Below are positions 9,582 through 18,904 of a stretch of 64,000 nt of DNA, one piece after another. Source of the DNA: Bacteroidia bacterium (GTDB taxonomy: Bacteria; Bacteroidota; Bacteroidia; AKYH767-A; OLB10); contig JADLBQ010000051.1 in NCBI GenBank assembly GCA_020847635.1, positions 2,975 to 66,974 of the forward strand, in the 5' to 3' direction. Made by a program: the position numbers and the translations under genes. How positions within the stretch are numbered: the stretch's first letter is position 1; every line of letters begins with the position of its first letter. Under the pieces are notes generated by a model. That model was not told where the DNA came from. It saw only the letters and a list, made by a program, of their open reading frames with translations, and searched no databases.

Positions 9582-10580
9582 TTAATGCAGATCATAAGCC
9601 CATTTCAGATAAATAGCTCCCCAGGTAAACCCGCCACCAAAAGCGGCCAAAATGAGATTGTCTCCTTTATGTAGTTTTGGTTCCCATTCATACAGACACA
9701 ATGGAATTGTTCCATTGGTTGTATTTCCGTAGTGCTGAATATTGATCATTACTTTTTCACTGCTTAGGCCCATTCGTGAGGCAGTAGCATCAATAATGCG
9801 CTTATTAGCCTGGTGAGGAACCAGCCAGGCAATATCTTCTGATTTGAGATGATTACGTTCCATAATTGCAGCAGACACATCGGCCATCCCCTTCACTGCG
9901 AATTTAAAAACTGACTGCCCTTCCTGATAAACAAAGTGCAAATCTTTATCTACTGTTTCATGAGAAGGAGGTAATACGCTACCACCGGCTTTCTGATGAA
10001 GGTATATACGACCTGAACCATCACTGGCTAAAATTTCATCAATGATTCCGAAACCATTTGAATCCGGTTCCAGCAAAACAGCACCACCCCCGTCACCAAA
10101 AAGAATGCATGTTGAACGGTCTTTATAATTTGTAATAGCCGACATTTTATCAGCGCCCACTACAATTACTTTCTTATACTTCCCCGATTCAACATACCGT
10201 GCTCCGGTAACCAGGCTGAACAAAAAACCCGAACAGGCTGCATTGATGTCAAAGCTAAAAGCTTTTTTGATTCCTATTTTATCACAAATAATATTGGCTG
10301 TAGCCGGGAAAACCATATCAGGGGTAGCTGTAGCACAAATCAGCAGGTCAATTTCATCTGCTGAAATTTTTCGTTTGTTAAGCAGATCTTTTACTGCATG
10401 AACAGCAATATCAGACGAACCCAGTCCTTCTCCTTTCAGGATTCTCCTTTCTTTAATTCCGGTTCGGGATACAATCCATTCATCATTTGTATCCACAATC
10501 TTTTCAAGATCTTTATTGCTCAGAATATCAGGTGGTACCCAAGCACTAACGGCTGTAATGGCTGCTTGAATCTTTTGCAT
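9582..10580 (-). CDS. fabH: 3-oxoacyl-ACP synthase III
   Basis: 332 aa with NAACSGF active-site Cys, HQAN and GNTTNGTIP motifs. Confidence 0.95.
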   Translation of the reverse strand: MQKIQAAITAVSAWVPPDILSNKDLEKIVDTNDEWIVSRTGIKERRILKGEGLGSSDIAVHAVKDLLNKRKISADEIDLLICATATPDMVFPATANIICDKIGIKKAFSFDINAACSGFLFSLVTGARYVESGKYKKVIVVGADKMSAITNYKDRSTCILFGDGGGAVLLEPDSNGFGIIDEILASDGSGRIYLHQKAGGSVLPPSHETVDKDLHFVYQEGQSVFKFAVKGMADVSAAIMERNHLKSEDIAWLVPHQANKRIIDATASRMGLSSEKVMINIQHYGNTTNGTIPLCLYEWEPKLHKGDNLILAAFGGGFTWGAIYLKWAYDLH

Positions 10581-10581
10581 A

Positions 10582-11541
10582 TCAGACCTGGTTTGTAACT
10601 GTAGTTGTCAGTGCAGTTGCAATTTTTTGATGTAATCCGGCAACTGCTACTTCATACGAAAGCTTAATCATGTTCTTAATTGCTCTTGATTTTGAAATTC
10701 CGTGAGCTACAACTACAGTTGCATTTACACCAAGCAAAGGAGTGCCCCCATAGTTTTCAAAGTCAAAACGATTGAAATAAGGGTCATTGATATTTCTCTT
10801 TTTAACTAGTGTGTAAAAAGATTCTGCCTGTTTTAAAATCACATTCCCGGTAAATCCGTCACAGACAATTACATCCGCTTTATCATTAAACAGATCACGA
10901 CCTTCAACATTTCCAATAAAATTAATTTCAGCGGTCTGCCTGAGCAGTGCAAATGCAGCATGAGTCAGCAAATCTCCTTTTTCTTCTTCTTCACCGATAT
11001 TCATTAATCCGACCTTTGGATTTTTAATTTGGAGAATATGTTCTGCATAGAGTGATCCGACAAGAGCAAATTGCTGAAGCATTTCAGGTTTGCAGTCGGC
11101 ATTGATACCTACATCCAGAATAATTCCAAAACCACCCTTTTCTTTAGGAATGAGGGAGCTGATGGTCGGCCGGATAATTCCTGGTATAGTCTTAACTGAA
11201 AACTTAGCTCCCACCATCATCACTCCGGTATTACCCGCACTGGCAAATGCATCAATCTTTTTTTCTGCCAGCATTCGGAAACCGATTGCAATGCCTGACT
11301 CAGGTTTTTGAACCAGTGCTTTGGTGGGTGAGTCATTGAAAGTAACCGTTTGAGGGGCATGAATAATCTCAAATGGTTCAACCGGGCAATTATGCCTTTT
11401 CAGTTCTGAGTAAATCAGATGGCTATCGCCAATCAGAACAATCCTGGCAGAATTACCTAACTCATTGAGTGCTTCAATGCTTCCTGCAATGGTTTCCTGC
11501 GGGGCATAATCCCCACCCATGATATCAACTCCGATTCTCAT
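10582..11541 (-). CDS. plsX: phosphate acyltransferase PlsX
   Basis: 319 aa. [15 protein letters not shown]-terminus and VCDGFTGNV motif, in the conserved rpmF-plsX-fabH order. Confidence 0.95.
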   Translation of the reverse strand: MRIGVDIMGGDYAPQETIAGSIEALNELGNSARIVLIGDSHLIYSELKRHNCPVEPFEIIHAPQTVTFNDSPTKALVQKPESGIAIGFRMLAEKKIDAFASAGNTGVMMVGAKFSVKTIPGIIRPTISSLIPKEKGGFGIILDVGINADCKPEMLQQFALVGSLYAEHILQIKNPKVGLMNIGEEEEKGDLLTHAAFALLRQTAEINFIGNVEGRDLFNDKADVIVCDGFTGNVILKQAESFYTLVKKRNINDPYFNRFDFENYGGTPLLGVNATVVVAHGISKSRAIKNMIKLSYEVAVAGLHQKIATALTTTVTNQV

Positions 11542-11579
11542 CCGTTCTTGAAGAACTGTTTTTTGTAAAAGCCTTATTG

Positions 11580-11768
11580 TTAATCAACTGCTTTTTCCAT
11601 TACTACCTTACCTTTGTAGTAAAGTTTGTTTTCGTGCCAGTAAGCACGGTGATAGAGATGACTTTCACCTGTTACAGAACAAACTGCAACAGTTGGTTCC
11701 TCGGCTTTATAATGGGTTCTTCTTTTCGCACTTCTGGTTTTTGAGTGCCGGTGTTTAGGATGTGCCAT
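11580..11768 (-). CDS. rpmF: 50S ribosomal protein L32
   Basis: 62 aa starting [17 protein letters not shown]. Confidence 0.95.
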   Translation of the reverse strand: MAHPKHRHSKTRSAKRRTHYKAEEPTVAVCSVTGESHLYHRAYWHENKLYYKGKVVMEKAVD

Positions 11769-11790
11769 GTTGTAAATTATTTATTTAATA

Positions 11791-12324
11791 TCAATTGTGT
11801 TTAATGTTTTTCAGAATATCCCACCTCGGATCTGTTCCTTCCTGTTTATGGTGTTGTTCTTCATTTATTCGATTCAGAAATGCCGGATCACAGGTGCTGT
11901 TTCCTGATTCATCATCAGGATGTACTTTGCGATATGGGACAGACAGCACGATAAAATCATAAATATGCTGTAATATGTTAAACGAAAGGTCGGCCTCTTT
12001 CATGAGTATGATATCATCATCTTCCCGGTCAGCTTCGGTATACTCCTGCTCGCCCTTTATAATCAGATAATGTTTCAGGTCAACTGGATAATTGTACAAG
12101 CCCAGGCATCTGTCACATTCTAATTCCAATTCGCCTTTTATTGCCAGATCAGCTGTAAATGAATGGTCTATCCGGTTTAACAAGACAATTGCCTGTAACC
12201 TTCCATTTCTAATCAATGGATTATTAAAATAATCAAAGAACTCCTTATCAATCTCATAATCGAACCGTTGTTCGCCTTCCAGAAGCCCTTTGGCTGAGAT
12301 AGTGAATTTCGTCTTATAATCCAT
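11791..12324 (-). CDS. YceD/DUF177 family protein
   Basis: 177 aa, acidic, with CDRCL...C motif. It sits in the canonical position upstream of rpmF. Confidence 0.85.
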   Translation of the reverse strand: MDYKTKFTISAKGLLEGEQRFDYEIDKEFFDYFNNPLIRNGRLQAIVLLNRIDHSFTADLAIKGELELECDRCLGLYNYPVDLKHYLIIKGEQEYTEADREDDDIILMKEADLSFNILQHIYDFIVLSVPYRKVHPDDESGNSTCDPAFLNRINEEQHHKQEGTDPRWDILKNIKHN

Positions 12325-12352
12325 TTACCCCCCTTACCTCTTTAACAGCCGA

Positions 12353-12360
12353 CAAAAGTA
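12353..12360 (-). promoter_or_regulatory. -7 promoter box (TACTTTTG on minus strand) for the yceD-rpmF-plsX-fabH operon
   Basis: Plus-strand CAAAAGTA lies 29 nt upstream of the ATG at 12324. Confidence 0.45.
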
Positions 12361-12521
12361 AAAAAATACTAACACCTGTTCATTATTCCTTTAAAGACTT
12401 TGTTTGCTGTATATCAACGGATTATATCAAATCAGTAACCTTTTCAGGCTTGTTGAGATGGTTCGCTCCCAATTCAGAGATTAACAGAATAAACGGTTTC
12501 AATGATTTCAACAGCAGCAAT

Positions 12522-12529
12522 TAAGTTTG
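12522..12529 (+). promoter_or_regulatory. -7 promoter box TAAGTTTG
   Basis: Exact TAnnTTTG match. It contains the TTG (12527) that the ORF track uses as a start, so the true start is probably downstream (GTG 12536). Confidence 0.4.
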
Positions 12530-12535
12530 CCGGTA

Positions 12536-13768
12536 GTGAATCGCTACCTGGTTCTTGTCTGTATTCTGGTCACTCATACGGTGCTTTGGTTGGGTTTGAA
12601 GCCTGCTACTCCGCATAGTGATGATCTGAATTATGTAGAAGAAGGTGACCGTATTTTTTCTTCTGACTATACCTTAAGTGAAAGCCCAAAAAGTCAACGG
12701 TTTACTGTCATTATACCGGTAAAGACTTTCAGGCTCCTGTTAGGCAGTTCCCCTTATGCCACCAGTTTATGGCCATTGCTTTGCAGCCTGCTCACGATTG
12801 CTGCTGTTTTCCTGTTGCTCTGGCCGGCTAACCCCCAGGTTGCTGGCTCTGCATCCTTGCTTCTTACCTTTAATATTGAGCAGATTATTTATGCATCGGT
12901 AGCTTTCCCGGATGTTGTAGTAAGCCTGTTTGCCTGCATGGCTGCTGCATTGCTTAGTTTACGAAACGACAACAATCAATGGCTTCCCTTTTGGATCGTT
13001 CTCATTTTGCTGACAGGTTTCTTTGCAAAACAAATCATCCTGTTTATCCTTCCGTTTTTCGTATATACGTTGATTAATGATTATCGAAATTCTAATTATA
13101 AAAAATTCGGTGTAAGGTTCTCACTTTACTCTATTGGTGCTGCAGGAATCCTGCTTGCTGGCAGTAAGTGGCTGACACACGATTTTTTATTTCTGCTTCA
13201 TTCGGTTGAAAAGAATCATAATGACGTGTTTGTCAACTTGTCTGCTTCTGAACTTTTTTACAGACTCAGCATTGAGCCGGTAATTTATCTTTTTCAGCAA
13301 CTTGGTTATTGGCCTTTAATTTTGTATGCTGCCCCGGCATTTCTTATTAAGGACGAAAAACTTTTATTCTGGAAACAATACCTGGTATTTCTGGTTCTGA
13401 TGCTTTGGCTTTTTACTACCTCATTCCGATACTGGGCACCGCTTCCCCTGTTAAGCAGAATGTGGATGATGACTTTGCTGCCACTGGTTATTCTCAGTGC
13501 CTATTCACTTCATTCCTTCTTAAAGGACAACCGGAATAAAACAGGCTTGCTGATATTCCTGTTCTTGTGTTTGATTTCAGTTGCTGTTTCATTATATTTT
13601 ATTTCCCCGGTTCGTGCATGGCTCTTCTTCTCCTACCTTTGTGGGGTACTCGCAGGGAAATGGGTTTATAACTATAAAAAGGATTATCTTGTTGCATCAG
13701 GGCTTCAATGGCTTCCTTATGTACTGACAGGAATCTGGTTTGTCATTCAGAACTCAAACTGGAAGTAA
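12536..13768 (+). CDS. polytopic membrane protein, GT-C/family-39-like glycosyltransferase (tentative)
   Basis: At least 10 predicted TM helices. The acidic first loop (HSDDLNYVEEGD) resembles the DE/DD loop of ArnT/PMT-type enzymes. Start codon is uncertain (12527 TTG or 12536 GTG). Confidence 0.45.
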   Translation: MNRYLVLVCILVTHTVLWLGLKPATPHSDDLNYVEEGDRIFSSDYTLSESPKSQRFTVIIPVKTFRLLLGSSPYATSLWPLLCSLLTIAAVFLLLWPANPQVAGSASLLLTFNIEQIIYASVAFPDVVVSLFACMAAALLSLRNDNNQWLPFWIVLILLTGFFAKQIILFILPFFVYTLINDYRNSNYKKFGVRFSLYSIGAAGILLAGSKWLTHDFLFLLHSVEKNHNDVFVNLSASELFYRLSIEPVIYLFQQLGYWPLILYAAPAFLIKDEKLLFWKQYLVFLVLMLWLFTTSFRYWAPLPLLSRMWMMTLLPLVILSAYSLHSFLKDNRNKTGLLIFLFLCLISVAVSLYFISPVRAWLFFSYLCGVLAGKWVYNYKKDYLVASGLQWLPYVLTGIWFVIQNSNWK

Positions 13769-13793
13769 ATTCAACATTAATAACCTCTAAAGC

Positions 13794-13801
13794 TATTTTT
13801 G
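13794..13801 (+). promoter_or_regulatory. -7 promoter box TATTTTTG
   Basis: Exact TAnnTTTG match ending 2 nt before ATG 13803 and 5 nt before ATG 13806. Confidence 0.45.
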
Positions 13802-13802
13802 C

Positions 13803-14456
13803 ATGATGTTAAGATCAGCCAGTTTCCGTATTCCTTCCCGAATTACCAAGCTGATTGAAAAAGGTGAAGGTGCTGATCTGGATTTTAAAAAGGAAGTATC
13901 AAACATCCATAAAATAGCTAAAGCCATTGTGTCTTTTGCTAATACACGGGGAGGTACATTACTCATCGGTGTTAATGATGATAAAATGGTTTCGGGAGTT
14001 GGTGCTGAGGAAGAACGGCATATGCTGGAAAAGGCAGCCGGCTTTTTTACCAAACCAGCTCTTGAAATTCAGATTAAAGAATATTATCTGGGTAAAAGGT
14101 CGTTACTGGAGGTTATTATTCCGGAAGGTAGGAACAAACCATATTATGCACTGGGTGAAGACGAGAAATGGTGGGCTTATATACGGGTAAACGACCAGTC
14201 ACTGCTAGCCAGTAAAGTCGTGCTGGATGTACTTAAACGGGCATCAAAAGATCAAAATACAGTAATCCGTTACTCCTCTAATGAAAAAGTGCTGCTTGAA
14301 TACCTGAGAGAAAATAAACGGATTACGCTTAAGCAATACTGTAAGCTGCTGAATATTTCACGCTGGCGCGCGCAAAGAATACTTGTTAACCTGATCAGTA
14401 TTGGTGTTATCCGGGTTCATACCACCGAAAAACAAGACTATTACACGCTAAGTTGA
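13803..14456 (+). CDS. AlbA_2 (Schlafen-like) putative nucleic-acid-binding domain protein with C-terminal winged-HTH
   Basis: GEGADLDFKKE...IAKAIVSFANTRGGTLLIGVND matches the AlbA_2 core pattern. The C-terminus (ITLKQYCKLLNISRWRAQRILVNLISIGVI) looks like an HTH. Confidence 0.7.
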   Translation: MMLRSASFRIPSRITKLIEKGEGADLDFKKEVSNIHKIAKAIVSFANTRGGTLLIGVNDDKMVSGVGAEEERHMLEKAAGFFTKPALEIQIKEYYLGKRSLLEVIIPEGRNKPYYALGEDEKWWAYIRVNDQSLLASKVVLDVLKRASKDQNTVIRYSSNEKVLLEYLRENKRITLKQYCKLLNISRWRAQRILVNLISIGVIRVHTTEKQDYYTLS

Positions 14457-14504
14457 ACTTGACCCGCTTCCGTACTGTTGCTGTTGCAGTTGGGGCAATA
14501 ATTT

Positions 14505-14512
14505 TATGTTTG
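14505..14512 (+). promoter_or_regulatory. -7 promoter box TATGTTTG
   Basis: Exact TAnnTTTG match ending 8 nt upstream of the hldD ATG at 14520. Confidence 0.45.
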
Positions 14513-14519
14513 CAGCCAT

Positions 14520-15485
14520 ATGATTATTGTGACCGGTGCAGCAGGTTTTATCGGCAGTTGCCTGATTGGTAAGCTAAATGCCGAACGCTATCTGGATGTG
14601 GTGGCCGTTGATGATTTTTCACGTAAGGATAAAATCAACAATTTAAAAGATAAAACGATCACAGAACATATTCACCGGGATAAATTTCATCAATGGCTGA
14701 AAAAAAATCACCGGCTTGTACAGTTTGTGTTTCACTTGGGGGCAAGAACCGATACGACTGAAACGGATTCAAAAATCTTTGATGCTCTTAATCTCAATTA
14801 TTCAAAACAGGTATGGCTACTATGTGCTGAAATGGGGTTACCCATGGTTTATGCTTCCTCAGCAGCAACTTATGGAGATGGCAGCCATGGTTATGATGAT
14901 GCCCAGGAAAGGATAGCTTTATTGAAACCAATGAATCCGTATGGGATGTCCAAGCAGCAATTTGATGTATGGGCTTTATCTCAGCCGAAGAAACCCTATT
15001 TCTGGGCCGGGCTAAAGTTTTTCAATGTTTACGGCCCGAACGAATACCATAAAGGAAGAATGGCTTCTGTAATTTTTCATGCCTTTCATCAGATTGTTGA
15101 AACAGGGAAAGTAAAATTATTCCGGTCTCACAAAAGCAACTATCCGGATGGAGGTCAGCTTCGCGATTTTATCTATGTTAAAGATATCGTTGAGGTTTGT
15201 TTTTTTCTGATGCAACAAAGAAAATATTCAGGAATTTACAACCTGGGAACCGGTAAAGCAAGAACTTTTAATGATCTGGCTACATCTGTATTTAACAGTC
15301 TTGACCGTCCTGTTTCCATTGAGTTTATTGATATTCCTGCTGATATCCGGGATACTTACCAATACCAGACAGAAGCTAAAATGAAAAAACTGAGAAGTAT
15401 TGGTTATGACCGGAAGTTCTGTTCACTTGAAGAGGGTATTGATGATTACATAAAAAACTACCTGGATCACACTCGCTATTATTAA
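14520..15485 (+). CDS. hldD: ADP-glyceromanno-heptose 6-epimerase
   Basis: 321 aa. MIIVTGAAGFIGS, ASSAATYG, YGMSK and FFNVYGPNEYHKGRMASV are collinear with the HldD/RfaD as I recall it. Confidence 0.88.
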   Translation: MIIVTGAAGFIGSCLIGKLNAERYLDVVAVDDFSRKDKINNLKDKTITEHIHRDKFHQWLKKNHRLVQFVFHLGARTDTTETDSKIFDALNLNYSKQVWLLCAEMGLPMVYASSAATYGDGSHGYDDAQERIALLKPMNPYGMSKQQFDVWALSQPKKPYFWAGLKFFNVYGPNEYHKGRMASVIFHAFHQIVETGKVKLFRSHKSNYPDGGQLRDFIYVKDIVEVCFFLMQQRKYSGIYNLGTGKARTFNDLATSVFNSLDRPVSIEFIDIPADIRDTYQYQTEAKMKKLRSIGYDRKFCSLEEGIDDYIKNYLDHTRYY

Positions 15486-15491
15486 TCCTTA

Positions 15492-15941
15492 ATGATTAAA
15501 AAACTCTTCAGCCGATCTATATTGCGCTATGGAATGGCAGCAACTATTGCGACAACAGTTGATGTTGTGGTTTACTTTATCACCTTCAATTACATTCTCC
15601 GGAAAGCTGACTGGCCTGTTCTTCCTTCATTAGTGATTTCAGCACCCACCAGTTCGCTTGTAGTTTCCTACACCTGCGGACTTCTAACTAACTTTACATT
15701 AACCCGTCTTTTTGTTTTTCCCGGGAGTGATTTACAAACCCACCACCAATTAATGCGCTACACACTGGTTGCTATTGCAGTGCTTGGACTGAATTATCTG
15801 ATTATGACATTTCTTATTAAAGTCCTGTTCTGGTTTCCGACTGTTTCACGCGGGGTGGCTGCAATAGCATCGGGCTTTGCCAGTTTTGCCGCCCACCGTG
15901 TATTTTCATTCAGGGGTAACTCTGTTTACAGCAAAAAGTAA
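15492..15941 (+). CDS. GtrA family membrane protein
   Basis: 149 aa with four TM helices and GtrA-like N-terminal and C-terminal patterns. Confidence 0.7.
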   Translation: MIKKLFSRSILRYGMAATIATTVDVVVYFITFNYILRKADWPVLPSLVISAPTSSLVVSYTCGLLTNFTLTRLFVFPGSDLQTHHQLMRYTLVAIAVLGLNYLIMTFLIKVLFWFPTVSRGVAAIASGFASFAAHRVFSFRGNSVYSKK

Positions 15942-15967
15942 CCGCAGCTGCATTGAACCGGGCTCAC

Positions 15968-16081
15968 TTATTTTCGGTTTCTCAACAGGCTGGCTTTAGT
16001 CTGCTTGCGTGCTGCTCTTTTTTTACCGAATGATCCAATAGTCAACTTTCCTTTTTTTGAACGTTTGTCTCCTTTTCCCAT
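15968..16081 (-). CDS. 30S ribosomal protein THX
   Basis: Not in the ORF track (37 codons). The reverse strand reads MGKGDKRSKKGKLTIGSFGKKRAARKQTKASLLRNRK*. The MGKGD..KKGK..G.FGK pattern is the THX signature. The ATG complement is at 16079-16081 and the stop complement at 15968-15970. Confidence 0.8.
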   Translation of the reverse strand: MGKGDKRSKKGKLTIGSFGKKRAARKQTKASLLRNRK

Positions 16082-16099
16082 AGAGTATATTTGTTAATG

Positions 16100-16107
16100 C
16101 AAAAATA
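16100..16107 (-). promoter_or_regulatory. -7 promoter box (TATTTTTG on minus strand) for the THX gene
   Basis: Plus-strand CAAAAATA lies 19 nt upstream of the THX ATG, between the fumC stop and THX. Confidence 0.45.
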
Positions 16108-16114
16108 ATTTCTT

Positions 16115-17512
16115 TCAAATCTCACCAACCATTGCTTCAGGTCTTACCCATTCATCAAACTGCTCCGGAGTCAGATATCCCAGATCAACTGCAGTTTGCT
16201 TAAGTGTTTTTCCTTGTTTGTGCGCAGTCTGTGCGATTTCAGCAGCTTTGTAATAACCGATCTTAGTATTGAGAGCTGTAACAAGCATTAGTGAGTTTTC
16301 CAGGTTTCTGTGAATATTTTCCTGAATCGGCTCAATCCCTGTTGCACATTTATCATTAAAGGAAACACATACATCACCAATCAGCCGTGCAGAATGCAGA
16401 AAGTTATATATCATAACCGGCTTGAAAACATTGAGTTCAAAATGCCCGGTTGCTCCTCCAATATTAATAGCCACATCATTGCCCAGTACCTGAGCAGCAA
16501 CCATGGTCATTGCTTCACACTGTGTCGGGTTTACTTTACCGGGCATGATTGAAGAGCCGGGCTCATTATCCGGTATGGATATTTCACCAATTCCACAACG
16601 CGGGCCGGATGACAACAACCGGATATCGTTGGCTATTTTCATTAATGCACAAGCTGCTGTTTTTAAAGCACCATGCGATTCAACAATGGCATCATGGGAT
16701 GCCAGTGCTTCAAACTTATTAGATGCTGTTTTAAACGGAAGCCCCGAAAACTTTGCAATGTGACCTGCTACACTTTCTGCATATCCTTTTGGTGTATTGA
16801 TGCCCGTTCCGACAGCAGTACCGCCTAAAGCCAATTCAGATAAATGGCTGAATGTATTTTCAATTGCTCGGATTCCATGATCAAGCTGGGCAACATAACC
16901 CGAAAATTCCTGACCCAGGGTAAGTGGTGTGGCATCCATCAGGTGGGTCCGGCCGATTTTTACAATTTTCATAAATGCTTTTGACTTGGCTGCTAGGGTT
17001 TCCCTCAGCTTCTTCATTCCCGGAATGGTGACTTCCTTCAACATTGTATAAGCTGCGATATGCATGGCAGTCGGGAAAGTATCATTCGATGACTGAGACT
17101 TGTTCACATCATCATTCGGGTGAATAATTTTCTTTTCATCCGTCAATCTGCCGCCATGAATAACATGAGCCCGGTATGCAATCACTTCATTGACATTCAT
17201 ATTGCTTTGAGTTCCGCTGCCGGTCTGCCATACAACCAGCGGAAACTGATCATCGAGCTTCCCTTCCAAAATTTCATCACAAACTGTTGAAATCAGTTCA
17301 CACTTTTCTTTGGATAACACACCGGCATCTGCATTTGCACGTGCAGCTGCCTTCTTCAGGATTGCAAATGCATGAATAATTTCAACCGGCATTTTATTGA
17401 TTTCACGGGCTATTTTAAAATTTTCAACTGAACGCTGAGTCTGTGCTCCCCAATAAACATGAGCTGGGACTGCTACGGCTCCCATTGTGTCTTTTTCATT
17501 TCTGTATTCCAT
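16115..17512 (-). CDS. fumC: class II fumarate hydratase
   Basis: 465 aa with the [11 protein letters not shown] signature loop and [11 protein letters not shown]. Confidence 0.96.
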   Translation of the reverse strand: MEYRNEKDTMGAVAVPAHVYWGAQTQRSVENFKIAREINKMPVEIIHAFAILKKAAARANADAGVLSKEKCELISTVCDEILEGKLDDQFPLVVWQTGSGTQSNMNVNEVIAYRAHVIHGGRLTDEKKIIHPNDDVNKSQSSNDTFPTAMHIAAYTMLKEVTIPGMKKLRETLAAKSKAFMKIVKIGRTHLMDATPLTLGQEFSGYVAQLDHGIRAIENTFSHLSELALGGTAVGTGINTPKGYAESVAGHIAKFSGLPFKTASNKFEALASHDAIVESHGALKTAACALMKIANDIRLLSSGPRCGIGEISIPDNEPGSSIMPGKVNPTQCEAMTMVAAQVLGNDVAINIGGATGHFELNVFKPVMIYNFLHSARLIGDVCVSFNDKCATGIEPIQENIHRNLENSLMLVTALNTKIGYYKAAEIAQTAHKQGKTLKQTAVDLGYLTPEQFDEWVRPEAMVGEI

Positions 17513-17630
17513 ATTGTTAATTTTCTGTCCGATGCAAAGATGCTAAGTTTAAATATGAGTTTCTCTTTTGGGTAAAAGCAATCTACCGGTGCTGGGTTAA
17601 TCTTATTAACTTGGCAGCTGCAAAAGGGTT

Positions 17631-18536
17631 ATGAATCTTTCTCTGTCAACCGGTGATACCATTGCGCTGATTGCACCTGCACGAAAGGTAAGCCGCGAAG
17701 AAATGCAACCGGCAATAAAAATTCTCTCTGACTGGGGATATCACGTGAAGGAAGGAGCACACCTGTATGCTTCATTTCATCAGTTTGCCGGAAGTGATCA
17801 ACAACGATTGAATGATTTTCAAAATTCACTGGATGACCCTGCTGTTCGTGCTGTGTTGTTTGCCCGCGGTGGTTACGGAACAGTCAGGTTAATTGATCAA
17901 CTTGACTTTACAGGTTTTGTTAATTTTCCTAAATGGCTGATCGGGTTTAGTGATCTGACAGTTATTCATTCACATATAACGTACAATTTTAAAATTCCGA
18001 CTCTACATGCACCAATGGCAATTAATTTTCCGGCTGCCGGAAACGAAGCGTTGGCAGGAATTAAATCTGTCTTATCCGGAAAACCTTTTACTATAAGTGC
18101 TGCTTCTCATCAGGCTAACCGCTATGGGGAAGCAACCGGAATTTTAACCGGTGGGAACCTGTCTGTCCTTTATTCCATGCTGGGCTCAGCTTCTGATGTC
18201 GACACACGGGATAAGATACTTTTTATTGAAGACCTGGATGAATACCTGTACCACATTGACAGAATGATGATGGCTATTAAAAGATCAGGAAAATTATCAG
18301 GATTAAAAGGATTAATTATCGGTGGAATGTCCGATATGAAAGACAATGCCATACCGTTCGGGTTTTCTGCAGAACAGATTATCCGGAATCATGTGGCAGC
18401 ATTTAATTACCCGGTTTGTTTTGGTTTCCCGGCCGGCCATATTCCTGAAAACATGCCGATGATTCTGGGCACAGAAGCCAGGCTGGCTGTAAAACCAGAT
18501 CTGGTCACTCTTGATTTTAAATATGGCTCAGCATAA
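17631..18536 (+). CDS. LD-carboxypeptidase (peptidase S66)
   Basis: 301 aa with the nucleophile motif GFSDLT and a C-terminal GFPAGH. Confidence 0.85.
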   Translation: MNLSLSTGDTIALIAPARKVSREEMQPAIKILSDWGYHVKEGAHLYASFHQFAGSDQQRLNDFQNSLDDPAVRAVLFARGGYGTVRLIDQLDFTGFVNFPKWLIGFSDLTVIHSHITYNFKIPTLHAPMAINFPAAGNEALAGIKSVLSGKPFTISAASHQANRYGEATGILTGGNLSVLYSMLGSASDVDTRDKILFIEDLDEYLYHIDRMMMAIKRSGKLSGLKGLIIGGMSDMKDNAIPFGFSAEQIIRNHVAAFNYPVCFGFPAGHIPENMPMILGTEARLAVKPDLVTLDFKYGSA

Positions 18537-18885
18537 CGAATTGGGTAAAAAAGGTGAAGCGGAGGCTGTTGCTCTTCTAAAGAAGAAAGGTTATACCATT
18601 CTTGAAACGAACTGGCGGTGGCAGAGAGCAGAAATAGATATTATTGTACAGAAAGAAAACACCATTGCCTTTGTAGAGGTTAAAACCAGAAGCAGTGATT
18701 TTTTTGGTGACCCTGCAGAGCAGGTAACTGAAAAAAAACGGAAGCTGCTTGCCGAAGCTGCTGATCATTATATCAGCCAAAAGAACCTGATATGTGAATC
18801 ACGTTTTGATATTGTCTCTGTTATTTCCAAAGGAGGATTACAACGGATCAGGCATATTGAAGAGGCTTTCTACCCCTTTCAGTGA
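18523..18885 (+). CDS. YraN family endonuclease-like protein (UPF0102)
   Basis: GKKGEAEAVALLKKKGYTILETNWR..EIDIIV..VEVKTR pattern. Start is probably the Met at 18523; it overlaps the end of the upstream gene. Confidence 0.85.
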   Translation: MAQHNELGKKGEAEAVALLKKKGYTILETNWRWQRAEIDIIVQKENTIAFVEVKTRSSDFFGDPAEQVTEKKRKLLAEAADHYISQKNLICESRFDIVSVISKGGLQRIRHIEEAFYPFQ

Positions 18886-18904
18886 TTGCCGTCCTGCAGC
18901 ATTT

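Noticed and set aside
12519-12533. 15-nt exact repeat AATTAAGTTTGCCGG, also at 23203-23217
   Set aside because: About 2e9 position pairs against 4^15 (about 1e9) means one or two such matches are expected by chance in 64 kb. The shared core is simply the TAAGTTTG promoter box, so I treat both as promoters and not as a repeat family.
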